Below are positions 36,069-45,782 of a DNA stretch of 64,000 nucleotides, piece after piece. The DNA is from a virus (taxonomy: Duplodnaviria > Caudoviricetes): the IMG/VR virus record IMGVR_UViG_3300031519_000019, positions 6,921 through 70,920 of that record. One strand, 5' to 3'. The translations under genes and the position numbers were made by a program. The notes beneath the pieces are model-generated. The model ran no database searches. It saw nothing but the letters and a program-made list of their open reading frames with translations, and was not told the DNA's origin. The stretch's first letter is position 1. Every line of letters begins with the position of its first letter.

Positions 36069-37128
36069 GTATGAAGATATAAAAGCAATTCATCTTGAAG
36101 TAACTCAAAATTGTCAAGCCAGTTGTCCTATGTGCGACCGCAATATGAATGGCAAAGGCATAAACCCTCATATTAACTTAGATGAACTTTCATTAGAAGA
36201 TTGCAAAAAAATATTCTTGCCAGAGTTTATTGCACAACTTAACACAATGTATATGTGCGGAAACTTAGGTGATCCTATTGTTGCTCGTGATACCTTAGAA
36301 ATATTCAAGTACTTCCGTGAACACAATACTAACATGTGGCTGAGCATGAATACAAATGCAGGAGCAAAGAATGAACAATGGTGGAAAGAACTTGCAGAAG
36401 TTTTTGGAAGAATGGGCGCAGTTATTTTTAGTGTTGACGGCCTCCGTGACACTAACCATATCTATCGTCAAGGCGTTGTATGGGACAATGTAGAGCGTAA
36501 CATGAAGGCGTTTATTAGTGCAGGCGGTAGAGCTCGTTGGGACTTTTTAATATTTGAACACAACCAACATCAAGTTGAAGAAGCAGAAACACTTGCTAAT
36601 GCGTGGGGCTGCGAAAAGTTTATGAAGAAAAAGACAGGCCGCTTTATTACGCAAGATTCAAAGAAAAAAGAATCGCACCAAGCAGTTGACAAAAAAGGAA
36701 AGGTAGCAGCAGAATTAAAAAAACCTGATATTAAATATCAAAATAATGCATTAAAGACTCAAGAAAAAGTAGAAAAGAAATATAATAGTATGGATGCATA
36801 CTATGATAGCGCTCCTATTATTTGTAAAGTAAAGAAAGACAATAGCTTGTTCATTACAGCAGAAGGTCTAGCATTGCCTTGTTGTTGGACAGCCGGACGC
36901 ATGTACAAATGGTGGCATAAAGATCCTAAGGTAGAACAAATATGGGATTTTATCCCTAATAAAGATGCATTAGATGCACGTAACGGATTAGCAGCAGTAT
37001 TTAACACAGGTATATTTGATAGTATACAAAGCAGTTGGAGTAAGCCTAGTTGCGCAGACGGCAAACTAAAAGTATGTGCGATGAAATGCGGCGCCGAATT
37101 TGATCCATTTGCAGAGCAGTTTAAGTAA
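36061..37128 (+). CDS. Radical SAM protein with C-terminal twitch/SPASM Cys cluster
   Basis: CQASCPMC; CGNLGDP; C-terminal C...ITAEGLALPCC...C...CAMKC. Confidence 0.88.
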   Translation: MYKYEDIKAIHLEVTQNCQASCPMCDRNMNGKGINPHINLDELSLEDCKKIFLPEFIAQLNTMYMCGNLGDPIVARDTLEIFKYFREHNTNMWLSMNTNAGAKNEQWWKELAEVFGRMGAVIFSVDGLRDTNHIYRQGVVWDNVERNMKAFISAGGRARWDFLIFEHNQHQVEEAETLANAWGCEKFMKKKTGRFITQDSKKKESHQAVDKKGKVAAELKKPDIKYQNNALKTQEKVEKKYNSMDAYYDSAPIICKVKKDNSLFITAEGLALPCCWTAGRMYKWWHKDPKVEQIWDFIPNKDALDARNGLAAVFNTGIFDSIQSSWSKPSCADGKLKVCAMKCGAEFDPFAEQFK

Positions 37129-37136
37129 ATGACAGT

Positions 37137-38054
37137 ATGCCATCATTACTAATAGAAGATAAATTATCAAAAAAACCTCAAATTCCAAAAAAACTTAATA
37201 AGTTTTTAAGGAATCATTATCTCTATTTCTTTCCTGAATACCCGTTAGTTAATCTAAGTCATATACCTAGCGCAGATGAAGATTATTTATCTGATAATAA
37301 ACTTAGAAATTATTATGTCAATTTAGATTATAAAATGATAGAGCATAGAGATCATCCCAAACGAATAGTAGGAGAGATGTGCAATTTATCAAATTTTTTA
37401 ATTACTAGTATGGATCAAACCGGCATTTCTTCTCCCTTAAATTTGTTTGATAGTAACAGTATACATCCTGGAAATAAAAGACTATTATGTGCAAGATATC
37501 TAAATTTAAAATATGTCCCAGTAGTATGGCAAAGTTTTATATATATTCCTGGTCTAAAACGCATAACAACTTTAGAAGATATCTATAATATATACGGAAC
37601 AAATATAAGTATTAATCTTGCGCCTAAATCATATGGACCTGCTAGATTAGAAGTATCGTGGCACGGCGAAACACATCGTAGAGATCATAACGGATATGAT
37701 GATTGGTATACTACAAGTAGACTTCGTACTGAGTTTAATGTATTAGACTATCTATTAACACACGGATTAGAAATTGTTAACTCTACAATTGAAAAAGAAA
37801 TTACAAATACACAATATCCTATAAAATATACAAAAGCAAGAAAAAATAAAATATCTATTGAAATATTAGACAATTCCTTAATGGATGAAAACTTAGACTT
37901 TTGGGAATTGTATTTTCACATTGATCCTACTGTTGCTTCAAAGTTATGTAAAACAAAAAGAATTAGAATTATAAATGACTATGCTACAGGTAATATATTA
38001 ACAGAATGCAATCTATACAACACGCTAATAAGAAGGAAGTATCATTTTGATTAA
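37137..38054 (+). CDS. Hypothetical protein with possible ParB/sulfiredoxin-like motif
   Basis: IHPGNKRLLCARYLNLKYVPVV resembles the DGxxR...LG...VPV ParB/Srx signature. Confidence 0.4.
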   Translation: MPSLLIEDKLSKKPQIPKKLNKFLRNHYLYFFPEYPLVNLSHIPSADEDYLSDNKLRNYYVNLDYKMIEHRDHPKRIVGEMCNLSNFLITSMDQTGISSPLNLFDSNSIHPGNKRLLCARYLNLKYVPVVWQSFIYIPGLKRITTLEDIYNIYGTNISINLAPKSYGPARLEVSWHGETHRRDHNGYDDWYTTSRLRTEFNVLDYLLTHGLEIVNSTIEKEITNTQYPIKYTKARKNKISIEILDNSLMDENLDFWELYFHIDPTVASKLCKTKRIRIINDYATGNILTECNLYNTLIRRKYHFD

Positions 38055-38601
38055 CACTAATTTTATACCTACTAAAGTTGATGGACAATATTGTGTTTAT
38101 TATTTTAATAATTTAATAGAACAATCTGCATTTGAAGAATTAAAAAACGCTACAACAAATTACCCTTTTAATTTTATTAACGGAAAAAGAACAGATGCAG
38201 TAGAAAGAATATGGCTACATCAAACTAACAATAATAGTTTAAAACAACTAGCGGCTTCTTTTGACTCACTAGAAATAAAACAGTTATTCAGCAGATTTGT
38301 TGATACCGATTTAACTGATATGTATACAAGAATTGAATTGTGTAATGACATAAAAGGTAGTTGGTTAGAAGATCATGTTGATGACCCTGCTAAAAAGTTT
38401 ACACTGCAATTTTATCTAACTAATATAAAAAATAGTACTATACACAACGGAAAATCAAGAGACGCTGTTGAAAACAATGGCTGGTTTTTTTTGAATACTG
38501 GAACTGAATACCACAGCTTGTCGCCATTAACAGCAGCAAGATCGAGTATTATAGTAAATTATGTAGATGATTTATGGTGCGACAAAACAGTATTAGTATA
38601 A
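38047..38601 (+). CDS. Fe(II)/2-oxoglutarate-dependent oxygenase (TTG start)
   Basis: LEDHVD...FTLQFYL...EYHS...RSSIIVNY (HxD...H...R); AAGGAAG precedes the TTG. Confidence 0.7.
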   Translation: MINTNFIPTKVDGQYCVYYFNNLIEQSAFEELKNATTNYPFNFINGKRTDAVERIWLHQTNNNSLKQLAASFDSLEIKQLFSRFVDTDLTDMYTRIELCNDIKGSWLEDHVDDPAKKFTLQFYLTNIKNSTIHNGKSRDAVENNGWFFLNTGTEYHSLSPLTAARSSIIVNYVDDLWCDKTVLV

Positions 38602-38642
38602 AATAACGGCACCGAATCTAACCCAATTATAACAAACTGGAA

Positions 38643-38649
38643 ATAAGTA
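38643..38649 (+). promoter_or_regulatory. Late-like box variant ATAAGTA, 5 nt before ATG 38655
   Basis: ATAAGTA-ATAGT-ATG. Confidence 0.45.
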
Positions 38650-38654
38650 ATAGT

Positions 38655-40064
38655 ATGACAGAGAAAAAAGCACCAAGCGAAACATTTTGCCTCCTTCCGT
38701 GGGTACATTTAAGTACAAGACCTGACGGAAGCATGCGAGTATGCTGTACTGCAAATGCAAGCAGTGTCGGCGCAACTAATGATAAAGAACACGGCGGACA
38801 AGTTGGTATTCTTAAAACAGATGACGGCAAGCCCAATAACTTAAACGTAAGTGACTTTGAAACAGCATGGAACAGCACATACATGAAAAATGTGCGTAAG
38901 CAAATGCTTGCCGGAGAAAAACCTCCTAGTTGTTTGAAGTGCTACAGAGAAGAAGCAGCAGGACATAATAGCAAACGTATGTGGGAAACTGCATATTGGA
39001 GTCAACGTACAGATGTTGATAAACTAATTGCTGATACTGCTGAAGATGGTAGTGTGCCACCGCAACTAGCATACATTGACTTGCGCTTTGGCACAAAGTG
39101 TCAGCTTGCGTGTGTTATGTGCAGTCCGCATGATAGTAGTGGTTGGATTAAAGATTATAAAGCAATCTTTCCTGATGTTAAAAACGAGTCACTTAAAGAA
39201 ACAATGCAGTGGCAAGACAAAGGCAGTACTAACGGCAGTAGCTACAACTGGCATAAACAAAATCCTACATTTTGGAAACAGTTTTATGAGCAAATGCCTA
39301 GTATGCAACAAATTTACTTTGCCGGCGGCGAAAGTCTTATTATCGAAGAGCATTACGAAATACTTGAACACGCTATTAAAATGGGTTATGCAAAAGACTT
39401 AGAGTTACGTTATAACTCAAATGGTGTAGAATGGCGCGAAGATTTGTTTGAGTTGTGGAAAGAATTTAAGCTAGTACGATTCCACTACTCGATTGACAGT
39501 ATCGAACAGATGAATGAATATATTCGTTATCCAAGTAAATGGACACGTCAAACAGAAGTATTTCATATATTAGATAAGAAAACAAGTAATAACGTTGAAG
39601 TTACTGTAGCTTGTGCGGTACAAGCTCTAAATATATATTACATACCTGATCTTATCAAATGGAAACTTACACAAGGATTTAAAAAAATCAACATGTGGCC
39701 ATTTGGTGCCGGCGGCGTAAACTATCATTTTGTTTATCATCCACCGCATCTTAATGTTAAAGTATTGCCAGCTTGGTTTAAAGCCGAAGTGCGTAAAAAG
39801 TACGAAGAGTTTTATCCATGGTGGGAAGCTAATTGGGAACTCGGTGTCCCGAGTTGGCACAAAGGAAAGGTTGATTATGATAAATGGCGCAGTGCTAGTT
39901 ATGGTATTAGTAGACTAGAAGGCATGTTACAGTTTATGGAATCAGAAGACTGGAGTCAACGCTTACCTGAGATGAAAGAGTTTTTAAGTCTTTGTGATAA
40001 ACAGCGAGGAATGTTGTTTGAAGATACATTCCCAGAAATGAAGGATATATTTAATGTTAGCTAA
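38655..40064 (+). CDS. Radical SAM protein with N-terminal twitch-type Cys cluster
   Basis: N-terminal FCLLPW...GSMRVCC...CLKC, then DLRFGTKCQLACVMC and FAGGESL. Confidence 0.9.
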   Translation: MTEKKAPSETFCLLPWVHLSTRPDGSMRVCCTANASSVGATNDKEHGGQVGILKTDDGKPNNLNVSDFETAWNSTYMKNVRKQMLAGEKPPSCLKCYREEAAGHNSKRMWETAYWSQRTDVDKLIADTAEDGSVPPQLAYIDLRFGTKCQLACVMCSPHDSSGWIKDYKAIFPDVKNESLKETMQWQDKGSTNGSSYNWHKQNPTFWKQFYEQMPSMQQIYFAGGESLIIEEHYEILEHAIKMGYAKDLELRYNSNGVEWREDLFELWKEFKLVRFHYSIDSIEQMNEYIRYPSKWTRQTEVFHILDKKTSNNVEVTVACAVQALNIYYIPDLIKWKLTQGFKKINMWPFGAGGVNYHFVYHPPHLNVKVLPAWFKAEVRKKYEEFYPWWEANWELGVPSWHKGKVDYDKWRSASYGISRLEGMLQFMESEDWSQRLPEMKEFLSLCDKQRGMLFEDTFPEMKDIFNVS

Positions 40065-40932
40065 GATTAACAGAGCAGAAGACATTGCAAATCATAAAAC
40101 TTATAGACTAGATTACGAACACTGGTTAGCAAATTTAAAAGACCCAACTGTACAACAAAATATAGCAGCAAACTTTCAAAAAGCAGAAGTATTTAATGAA
40201 GCATTTACTGAAGAAGAAATTAGTTGGATGTATGGATATGCATTTAGTCGTTGCGATACAGTAAGACATAATGATAACGGTACAATGTTTATAAGCGGCA
40301 ACCTACAGGGAGTATATGAAAAATTTGCTGATCGCATAAATGAAATGGTACCGGGTGCAGAAAACTCACCTGTTGTTGGCGGCAATTTCTTTATTACTCC
40401 TAGTCAGTATGGATTACATAATGATAGTACTAGAGAATCGGATTGGAAAAATAGTTTAACTAAGACTTCTATAGATCACGAAGGCCGCAAGTGGGCGCCT
40501 TGGAGAAATATCATTATTCCGTTATTTACTGCGCCTAACAATATAGAAAGTCATGCTGTATTTTTTAACCAGCGCCATGTTGATTTTGCTCACGTGTATC
40601 ATCACGGTAAAAAACCAGAACAAACTGTTGCTACAACATATCCTATTGTTGATAATCATGTTGACATTGATTTTTATTTGTTAGATGGCACAATACAAGA
40701 TAAAAAATTAAATCTTGTAAAATATAACAAAGAACACTACGATGAATATTTGTATTATACACCTTATAGACGCTTAACAGGATTAACGCCTGAACTAACT
40801 TGCGAGTGGAAACCTCGTGCTCCTATTGTGTTTGATGCTGTGCAATTGCATGCAACAAATAAAGGTCGTCCAGATAATCATTGGACAACTAAAATGGGAT
40901 TGTTACTAACGTTTCTTAGAGAGATAAAATGA
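40054..40932 (+). CDS. Fe(II)/2OG-type oxygenase-like protein
   Basis: GLHND...NIIIPL...IVFDAVQLHAT...KMGLLLTF (HxD...H). Confidence 0.55.
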   Translation: MLAKINRAEDIANHKTYRLDYEHWLANLKDPTVQQNIAANFQKAEVFNEAFTEEEISWMYGYAFSRCDTVRHNDNGTMFISGNLQGVYEKFADRINEMVPGAENSPVVGGNFFITPSQYGLHNDSTRESDWKNSLTKTSIDHEGRKWAPWRNIIIPLFTAPNNIESHAVFFNQRHVDFAHVYHHGKKPEQTVATTYPIVDNHVDIDFYLLDGTIQDKKLNLVKYNKEHYDEYLYYTPYRRLTGLTPELTCEWKPRAPIVFDAVQLHATNKGRPDNHWTTKMGLLLTFLREIK

Positions 40933-42209
40933 ATTTAGATACCGTTTGTCCTGCTGTATGGGATCACCTATGCGTAAACACAATGGGGAAAAATCGTTTA
41001 TGCTGTAATGCTGTTACACAAGACAAAGATAAATTTATTGGCAATCTTGACCAGCACTGGAATGTTCTTAGAGACAATGTTAAAAAAGAAATGTTGGCTG
41101 GCAATCGTCCAGACATTTGCAAAAGTTGTTGGAAAAAAGAAGAATCTGGCATATCTAGTTTACGAGATCAATTTATTGAAAATTATAAAAATCAAGGTAT
41201 CTGGGATAAATTTGTAGATGACATTCCTACAACAAAAAAATATCCAGTAGAACTTGACCTTAAATTAGGAAATTACTGTAATCTAAGTTGTAGGATGTGC
41301 AGTAGCTATAGTAGCAGCGGCGTTGCAAATGAATTCCAAAAAATCCTTAAAGATACTGGTGTTGATTTAGGACTAGACGAGTACGAAAAAAACTTTGTTC
41401 AAAACAAATGGTATCTCCAAGAAGAGTTTGTAGATTCGATAAAAGACATGATTGCAAACGGTCTGCGCCATTTAAAATTTACAGGCGGCGAACCATTAAT
41501 GGTTCCCAGCGTAAAAAAACTAATTGACTACTGTGTTGATAATGATTATGCTAAGAACATTGATTTAATCATAATAACAAATGTAACACTAATAGACGAC
41601 GAATGGATTAAACGATTTAAGGCATTTAAGTTTGTAAACATTATTTGTAGTATAGACGGCATAGGCAATACTTTCGAATATATAAGACATCCTGCAAATT
41701 GGAATGATGTAAACAGTAAGTTACAAAAACTATCTGATGTACAGACTGCGCAGTTGGTAACTTCGATTACGTTTACATTACAAATATATAATATTCTTGA
41801 AATTAGGAATATGGTGGAACTATCTAAAAAATATAACTTTCATATAACTTCTATTCCTTTAGATACGCCTGAATATCTAGATGTACGTAACGCTCCACAG
41901 ACTCTTAAAAATGCTGCATTAGAAATGATAGCAGATTTAGAAAATGAATTAAATCCAAAGATTACGCCTCGAACAGAAGATAACTGTCTATGTTTTCATG
42001 ATTTAAAACCTAAAGACGTTCCGTGTGCTAGAACGTGCCCAATTGTACTTACTAATGTATTAGTCAAATTTGTTAATAATGTTAAAAAGAAAATTAATCA
42101 ACCCCAACAGCAAGACAATAGTAAGAAATTTTTAGAAATAACTAAATTAAAAGACACGTATAAAAAACAAAGTTTTGATACAATGGAGATAGCAAAGTAC
42201 TATGATTAA
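40929..42209 (+). CDS. Radical SAM protein with N-terminal twitch cluster and extra C-terminal Cys-rich insert
   Basis: VCPAVW...RLCC...CKSC; DLKLGNYCNLSCRMC; FTGGEPL. Confidence 0.9.
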   Translation: MNLDTVCPAVWDHLCVNTMGKNRLCCNAVTQDKDKFIGNLDQHWNVLRDNVKKEMLAGNRPDICKSCWKKEESGISSLRDQFIENYKNQGIWDKFVDDIPTTKKYPVELDLKLGNYCNLSCRMCSSYSSSGVANEFQKILKDTGVDLGLDEYEKNFVQNKWYLQEEFVDSIKDMIANGLRHLKFTGGEPLMVPSVKKLIDYCVDNDYAKNIDLIIITNVTLIDDEWIKRFKAFKFVNIICSIDGIGNTFEYIRHPANWNDVNSKLQKLSDVQTAQLVTSITFTLQIYNILEIRNMVELSKKYNFHITSIPLDTPEYLDVRNAPQTLKNAALEMIADLENELNPKITPRTEDNCLCFHDLKPKDVPCARTCPIVLTNVLVKFVNNVKKKINQPQQQDNSKKFLEITKLKDTYKKQSFDTMEIAKYYD

Positions 42210-43356
42210 ATGTTTTGCAACTACTAATAGTGTAATGATAGATCCGTTAGGACAAGTTAAACCTTGTTGCAAATATGATGGTTTCTTTGGTCATATCGAC
42301 GAATACGATAGTATTGATGATATACTTAAGAGTAAACACTACATTAGATTACAAATAGCTCACTCTGTTGGAAATTTTACAAGAGGATGTTGGAGATGTA
42401 AAGAATCAGAGGATCGAGGATATAAAAGTCGTCGACAATATTATGACGATCAATATACCGATACTGACTTCTTATTAGACATTAGTCCGGGAACATATTG
42501 TAATTTAAAATGTCGCATGTGTAATCCTTGTAATAGTACTAAATGGTTTTCAGATTGGGACGCATTAAGAAAAATGGGAATAATAAATTCAAAACCTACT
42601 AGCTCTTTAAATGTGTACAACATGCCAGAAGATGATGTTGACAAAATTATTAATTTTTTAGATACCACGTCTTATGAGATTGCAATAGAGTTTAAAGGCG
42701 GTGAGCCGTTAATGAATCCTAAAACTCAAACGCTGTTTGAAAAAATGGCAAATTGCAAAAGCAGTAATCGAATATCTATAATGTTAATTACTAATGGAAC
42801 ATATAAGGTTGATTGGTTGGCAAATATTGCTGATAAATTTAAACGCCTTCATATCGGTATTAGTGCAGATGGTATTGGTAAGGTATACGAGTATATACGA
42901 GGTGATAAAACCTATAATTGGAAAAGATTCTTAGAATCAATCGAATCTTATAAAAGTATTCCTAATACTACCTTATCATTTAATTATGTAGTGCAAAATA
43001 CAAACATTCATCAGATGGCTGACTTCGCAGATGCAGTAGCACCTTATAGTGTGGGGTGGATATTATTAAATAACCCAATGTGCTTATCTACTACTGTTAT
43101 TCCTCTTAGTGCAAGAGCTGATATTATAAAAAAACTACAGCCGCTGCTCAATACAACTCCGAAAGATCGAGAACAATTTAATACCTTAATGAGTATAATG
43201 AACGAATTAACTAGCAATGTTGATATGGATAAGGAAATGTATAAAAAGTTTATTGAATATTCGGCAGCATTGGATAAACTTCGCAATCAAAGTTTATTAG
43301 ATGTAGCTCCTCACTTAATTACAGAAGAAGGCAAAAGAATATATGACTCAATCTAA
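42202..43356 (+). CDS. Radical SAM protein with N-terminal twitch cluster
   Basis: KC...GQVKPCC...CWRC; GTYCNLKCRMC; FKGGEPL. Confidence 0.9.
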   Translation: MIKCFATTNSVMIDPLGQVKPCCKYDGFFGHIDEYDSIDDILKSKHYIRLQIAHSVGNFTRGCWRCKESEDRGYKSRRQYYDDQYTDTDFLLDISPGTYCNLKCRMCNPCNSTKWFSDWDALRKMGIINSKPTSSLNVYNMPEDDVDKIINFLDTTSYEIAIEFKGGEPLMNPKTQTLFEKMANCKSSNRISIMLITNGTYKVDWLANIADKFKRLHIGISADGIGKVYEYIRGDKTYNWKRFLESIESYKSIPNTTLSFNYVVQNTNIHQMADFADAVAPYSVGWILLNNPMCLSTTVIPLSARADIIKKLQPLLNTTPKDREQFNTLMSIMNELTSNVDMDKEMYKKFIEYSAALDKLRNQSLLDVAPHLITEEGKRIYDSI

Positions 43357-44497
43357 AACATTCTGTGCATTACCGTGGATGCATCTTGCTACTAATGCAA
43401 GCGGCAATCTTCGAGTGTGCTGTAACAGTACTCCGGGTAAAAACTTTATTACTAAAAAAGACGGCACCCCTTACAAGCTACAAAAAGATGACTTACAAGA
43501 AGCATGGAATAGTGAAGTATATACTACTATTCGTAAGCAGTTACTTGCTGGCGAACGTCCTGAAATGTGTACACGTTGTTTTAGAGAAGAAGATGTTGGC
43601 ATTAAAAGTGCTAGACAAAGTTGGAACAACAAGTGGGAAGAAGATAAAGAGTATACAATAGATGCACCTTTTGACATTAAATATGTTGACTTACGGTTAG
43701 GCAACTTGTGTAATTTAAAATGTCGTATGTGCAATCCGTATGCAAGTAACATGTGGGTTAAAGAATGGAACCTAGTTGAAACTGCACTAAGTGAAAGTGA
43801 ATACAAGCGTCTTAGTAGTATGAACTGGCCTGAGCATGAAAAGACTTGGGAAAACTTGTTTAGTATTGCACACACAGTAGATGAAATATACCTAACAGGC
43901 GGCGAACCTACAGTTATTAAAGAACAACAAAAATTGTTAGATTACTTTATCGACAACGGTACTGCAAAAGACATACGTTTAAAATACAATACTAATTTAG
44001 TTAAAGTACAACCTTGGCTACTTGAACGCTGGACTCATTTTAAACGAGTGCAACTTAATTGCTCAATAGATGCTACTGGTGCATTAGATCATTATATTCG
44101 ACATCCGAGTAAATGGGATACGATTGTAAAGAATTTTGAAACTATTAGACAGCTTCCTAATGCAGGAATTGAAATACACTGCACAGTACAAATGTACAAT
44201 ATATTAAGACTGCCTGAACTAATAGACTGGGCTACACCTTATGGACATAGAATATATTTTAACATTCTTAATCATCCTGAAGAATTAAATATTAGAGTGT
44301 TGCCCAAACATCTAAAAGATCAAGCTGCAAAACAATTACAACCGTATTTGCATTTAGATAAGGTGCAAGGTATTATTGATTATATGTATGCCGAAGATTG
44401 GAACAATAAATATAGTAAGTTTATGAAATACACAATTGCACTAGATGCAAGCAGAGGTGAAAACTTATTTGATCTAATACCGGAGTTTAATCAATGA
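43343..44497 (+). CDS. Radical SAM protein with N-terminal twitch cluster
   Basis: FCALPW...GNLRVCC...CTRC; DLRLGNLCNLKCRMC; LTGGEPT. Confidence 0.9.
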   Translation: MTQSKTFCALPWMHLATNASGNLRVCCNSTPGKNFITKKDGTPYKLQKDDLQEAWNSEVYTTIRKQLLAGERPEMCTRCFREEDVGIKSARQSWNNKWEEDKEYTIDAPFDIKYVDLRLGNLCNLKCRMCNPYASNMWVKEWNLVETALSESEYKRLSSMNWPEHEKTWENLFSIAHTVDEIYLTGGEPTVIKEQQKLLDYFIDNGTAKDIRLKYNTNLVKVQPWLLERWTHFKRVQLNCSIDATGALDHYIRHPSKWDTIVKNFETIRQLPNAGIEIHCTVQMYNILRLPELIDWATPYGHRIYFNILNHPEELNIRVLPKHLKDQAAKQLQPYLHLDKVQGIIDYMYAEDWNNKYSKFMKYTIALDASRGENLFDLIPEFNQ

Positions 44498-45129
44498 AAA
44501 TAGGAGTATTTGGCGATAGTTATGCAGAGCATACGGCAGCTAATCCTGCACATTTAGAATGGTGGCAGTATGTACAACAATGTCCTAATATAGAAATAGA
44601 CACCTACGGATTTGGCGGATCTAGCTTATACTATACGTGGAAACAATTTCATATTCACCAACACAAGTATGACAAAGTTATTGTTTGTTTTACTATGCCT
44701 AACAGACTTTGGTTGCCACATTTGCCAAAACATTGGCAATCGGAACATGTTCATTCTCTAGATGCTTTAAAACACAGAACTTTTAAAAGTACGTCTGCTG
44801 CTAGAATTATGAAGAATGCATTAACATCATATTACAAGTATATTGTTAATTTAGAAGAACAACAAGATATTTGGAAGCTTCAAATTGCAGATATAAAGCG
44901 CACAAGACCCGATGGACTATATCTTGCTTGTTTTCCAGATGACGAAATTATTTCAGATTATATGCCGCTTTTTGAAATATCTAAACTAGATGGCGATTTA
45001 ATGGGTACTCAGCGAGATACTCGAGCAAATCATTTTAACGATAAAAACTGTAGGATATTTGCAAAAAAAATAGAAACTTGGATACACACAAATCAGTTTA
45101 GTTTAGATATAGAAGATTTTAGTAAATGA
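44494..45129 (+). CDS. SGNH/GDSL-like hydrolase or acyltransferase
   Basis: MKIGVFGDSY (block I), YGFGGSS (block II), C-terminal NH. Confidence 0.65.
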   Translation: MKIGVFGDSYAEHTAANPAHLEWWQYVQQCPNIEIDTYGFGGSSLYYTWKQFHIHQHKYDKVIVCFTMPNRLWLPHLPKHWQSEHVHSLDALKHRTFKSTSAARIMKNALTSYYKYIVNLEEQQDIWKLQIADIKRTRPDGLYLACFPDDEIISDYMPLFEISKLDGDLMGTQRDTRANHFNDKNCRIFAKKIETWIHTNQFSLDIEDFSK

Positions 45130-45782
45130 AAATTGGATTTTTTGGATGCAGTCATGTCGGCGGATTTTATCCAACTTATTATAATTTAGCTGAAGAAGTT
45201 GCAGCAAAGTGTCCTCAACACGAAATACATGATTACAGCTTCGGCGGCCATAGTCAACAAATGATAATTTACTTATTTGAAAAATTTAAACAAGAACACG
45301 ACTTTAATATAGTAAAAATAACTAGTCCGGGAAGACTTAGTTTTTTTAATAACTTTGACTTTGCTAAAAACAGAAAATTTAAGACTTCTAATTTTAATAC
45401 ATGGTCTAACCTTAGTTACTACGGAAAGAATGTTGTTAGGATGAATTATTCAAGTTGCCCTCTTTCCGTAGCAGAGCCTAAATATAGTTTAAAATCTATA
45501 AAAAAATTACATAAAATGTATTATTCTCATATAAGTTACGAACTAGCAAATATTGAGTCGTTGGCTATTACAAAATATCTTCAATCATCGGCAGATTTTG
45601 TGTATGCACACCGGGCATTTCAAAAAGAAGCAATGCCTAATGATATTTTATGTACTGAAAAGTTTTTGTTACCTAACTATCAATCTTATGTAATAGATGA
45701 AGGGTATCATCTAGGTCTAGAAGGCACAAAAGCAGAAGCCGAATGGCTTATAAATAATATAAAGGAATTAAAACATGCCTAA
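45126..45782 (+). CDS. SGNH/GDSL-like protein
   Basis: MKIGFFGCSH, YSFGGHS, TSPGR, DEGYHLG; paralog of 46859. Confidence 0.6.
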   Translation: MKIGFFGCSHVGGFYPTYYNLAEEVAAKCPQHEIHDYSFGGHSQQMIIYLFEKFKQEHDFNIVKITSPGRLSFFNNFDFAKNRKFKTSNFNTWSNLSYYGKNVVRMNYSSCPLSVAEPKYSLKSIKKLHKMYYSHISYELANIESLAITKYLQSSADFVYAHRAFQKEAMPNDILCTEKFLLPNYQSYVIDEGYHLGLEGTKAEAEWLINNIKELKHA

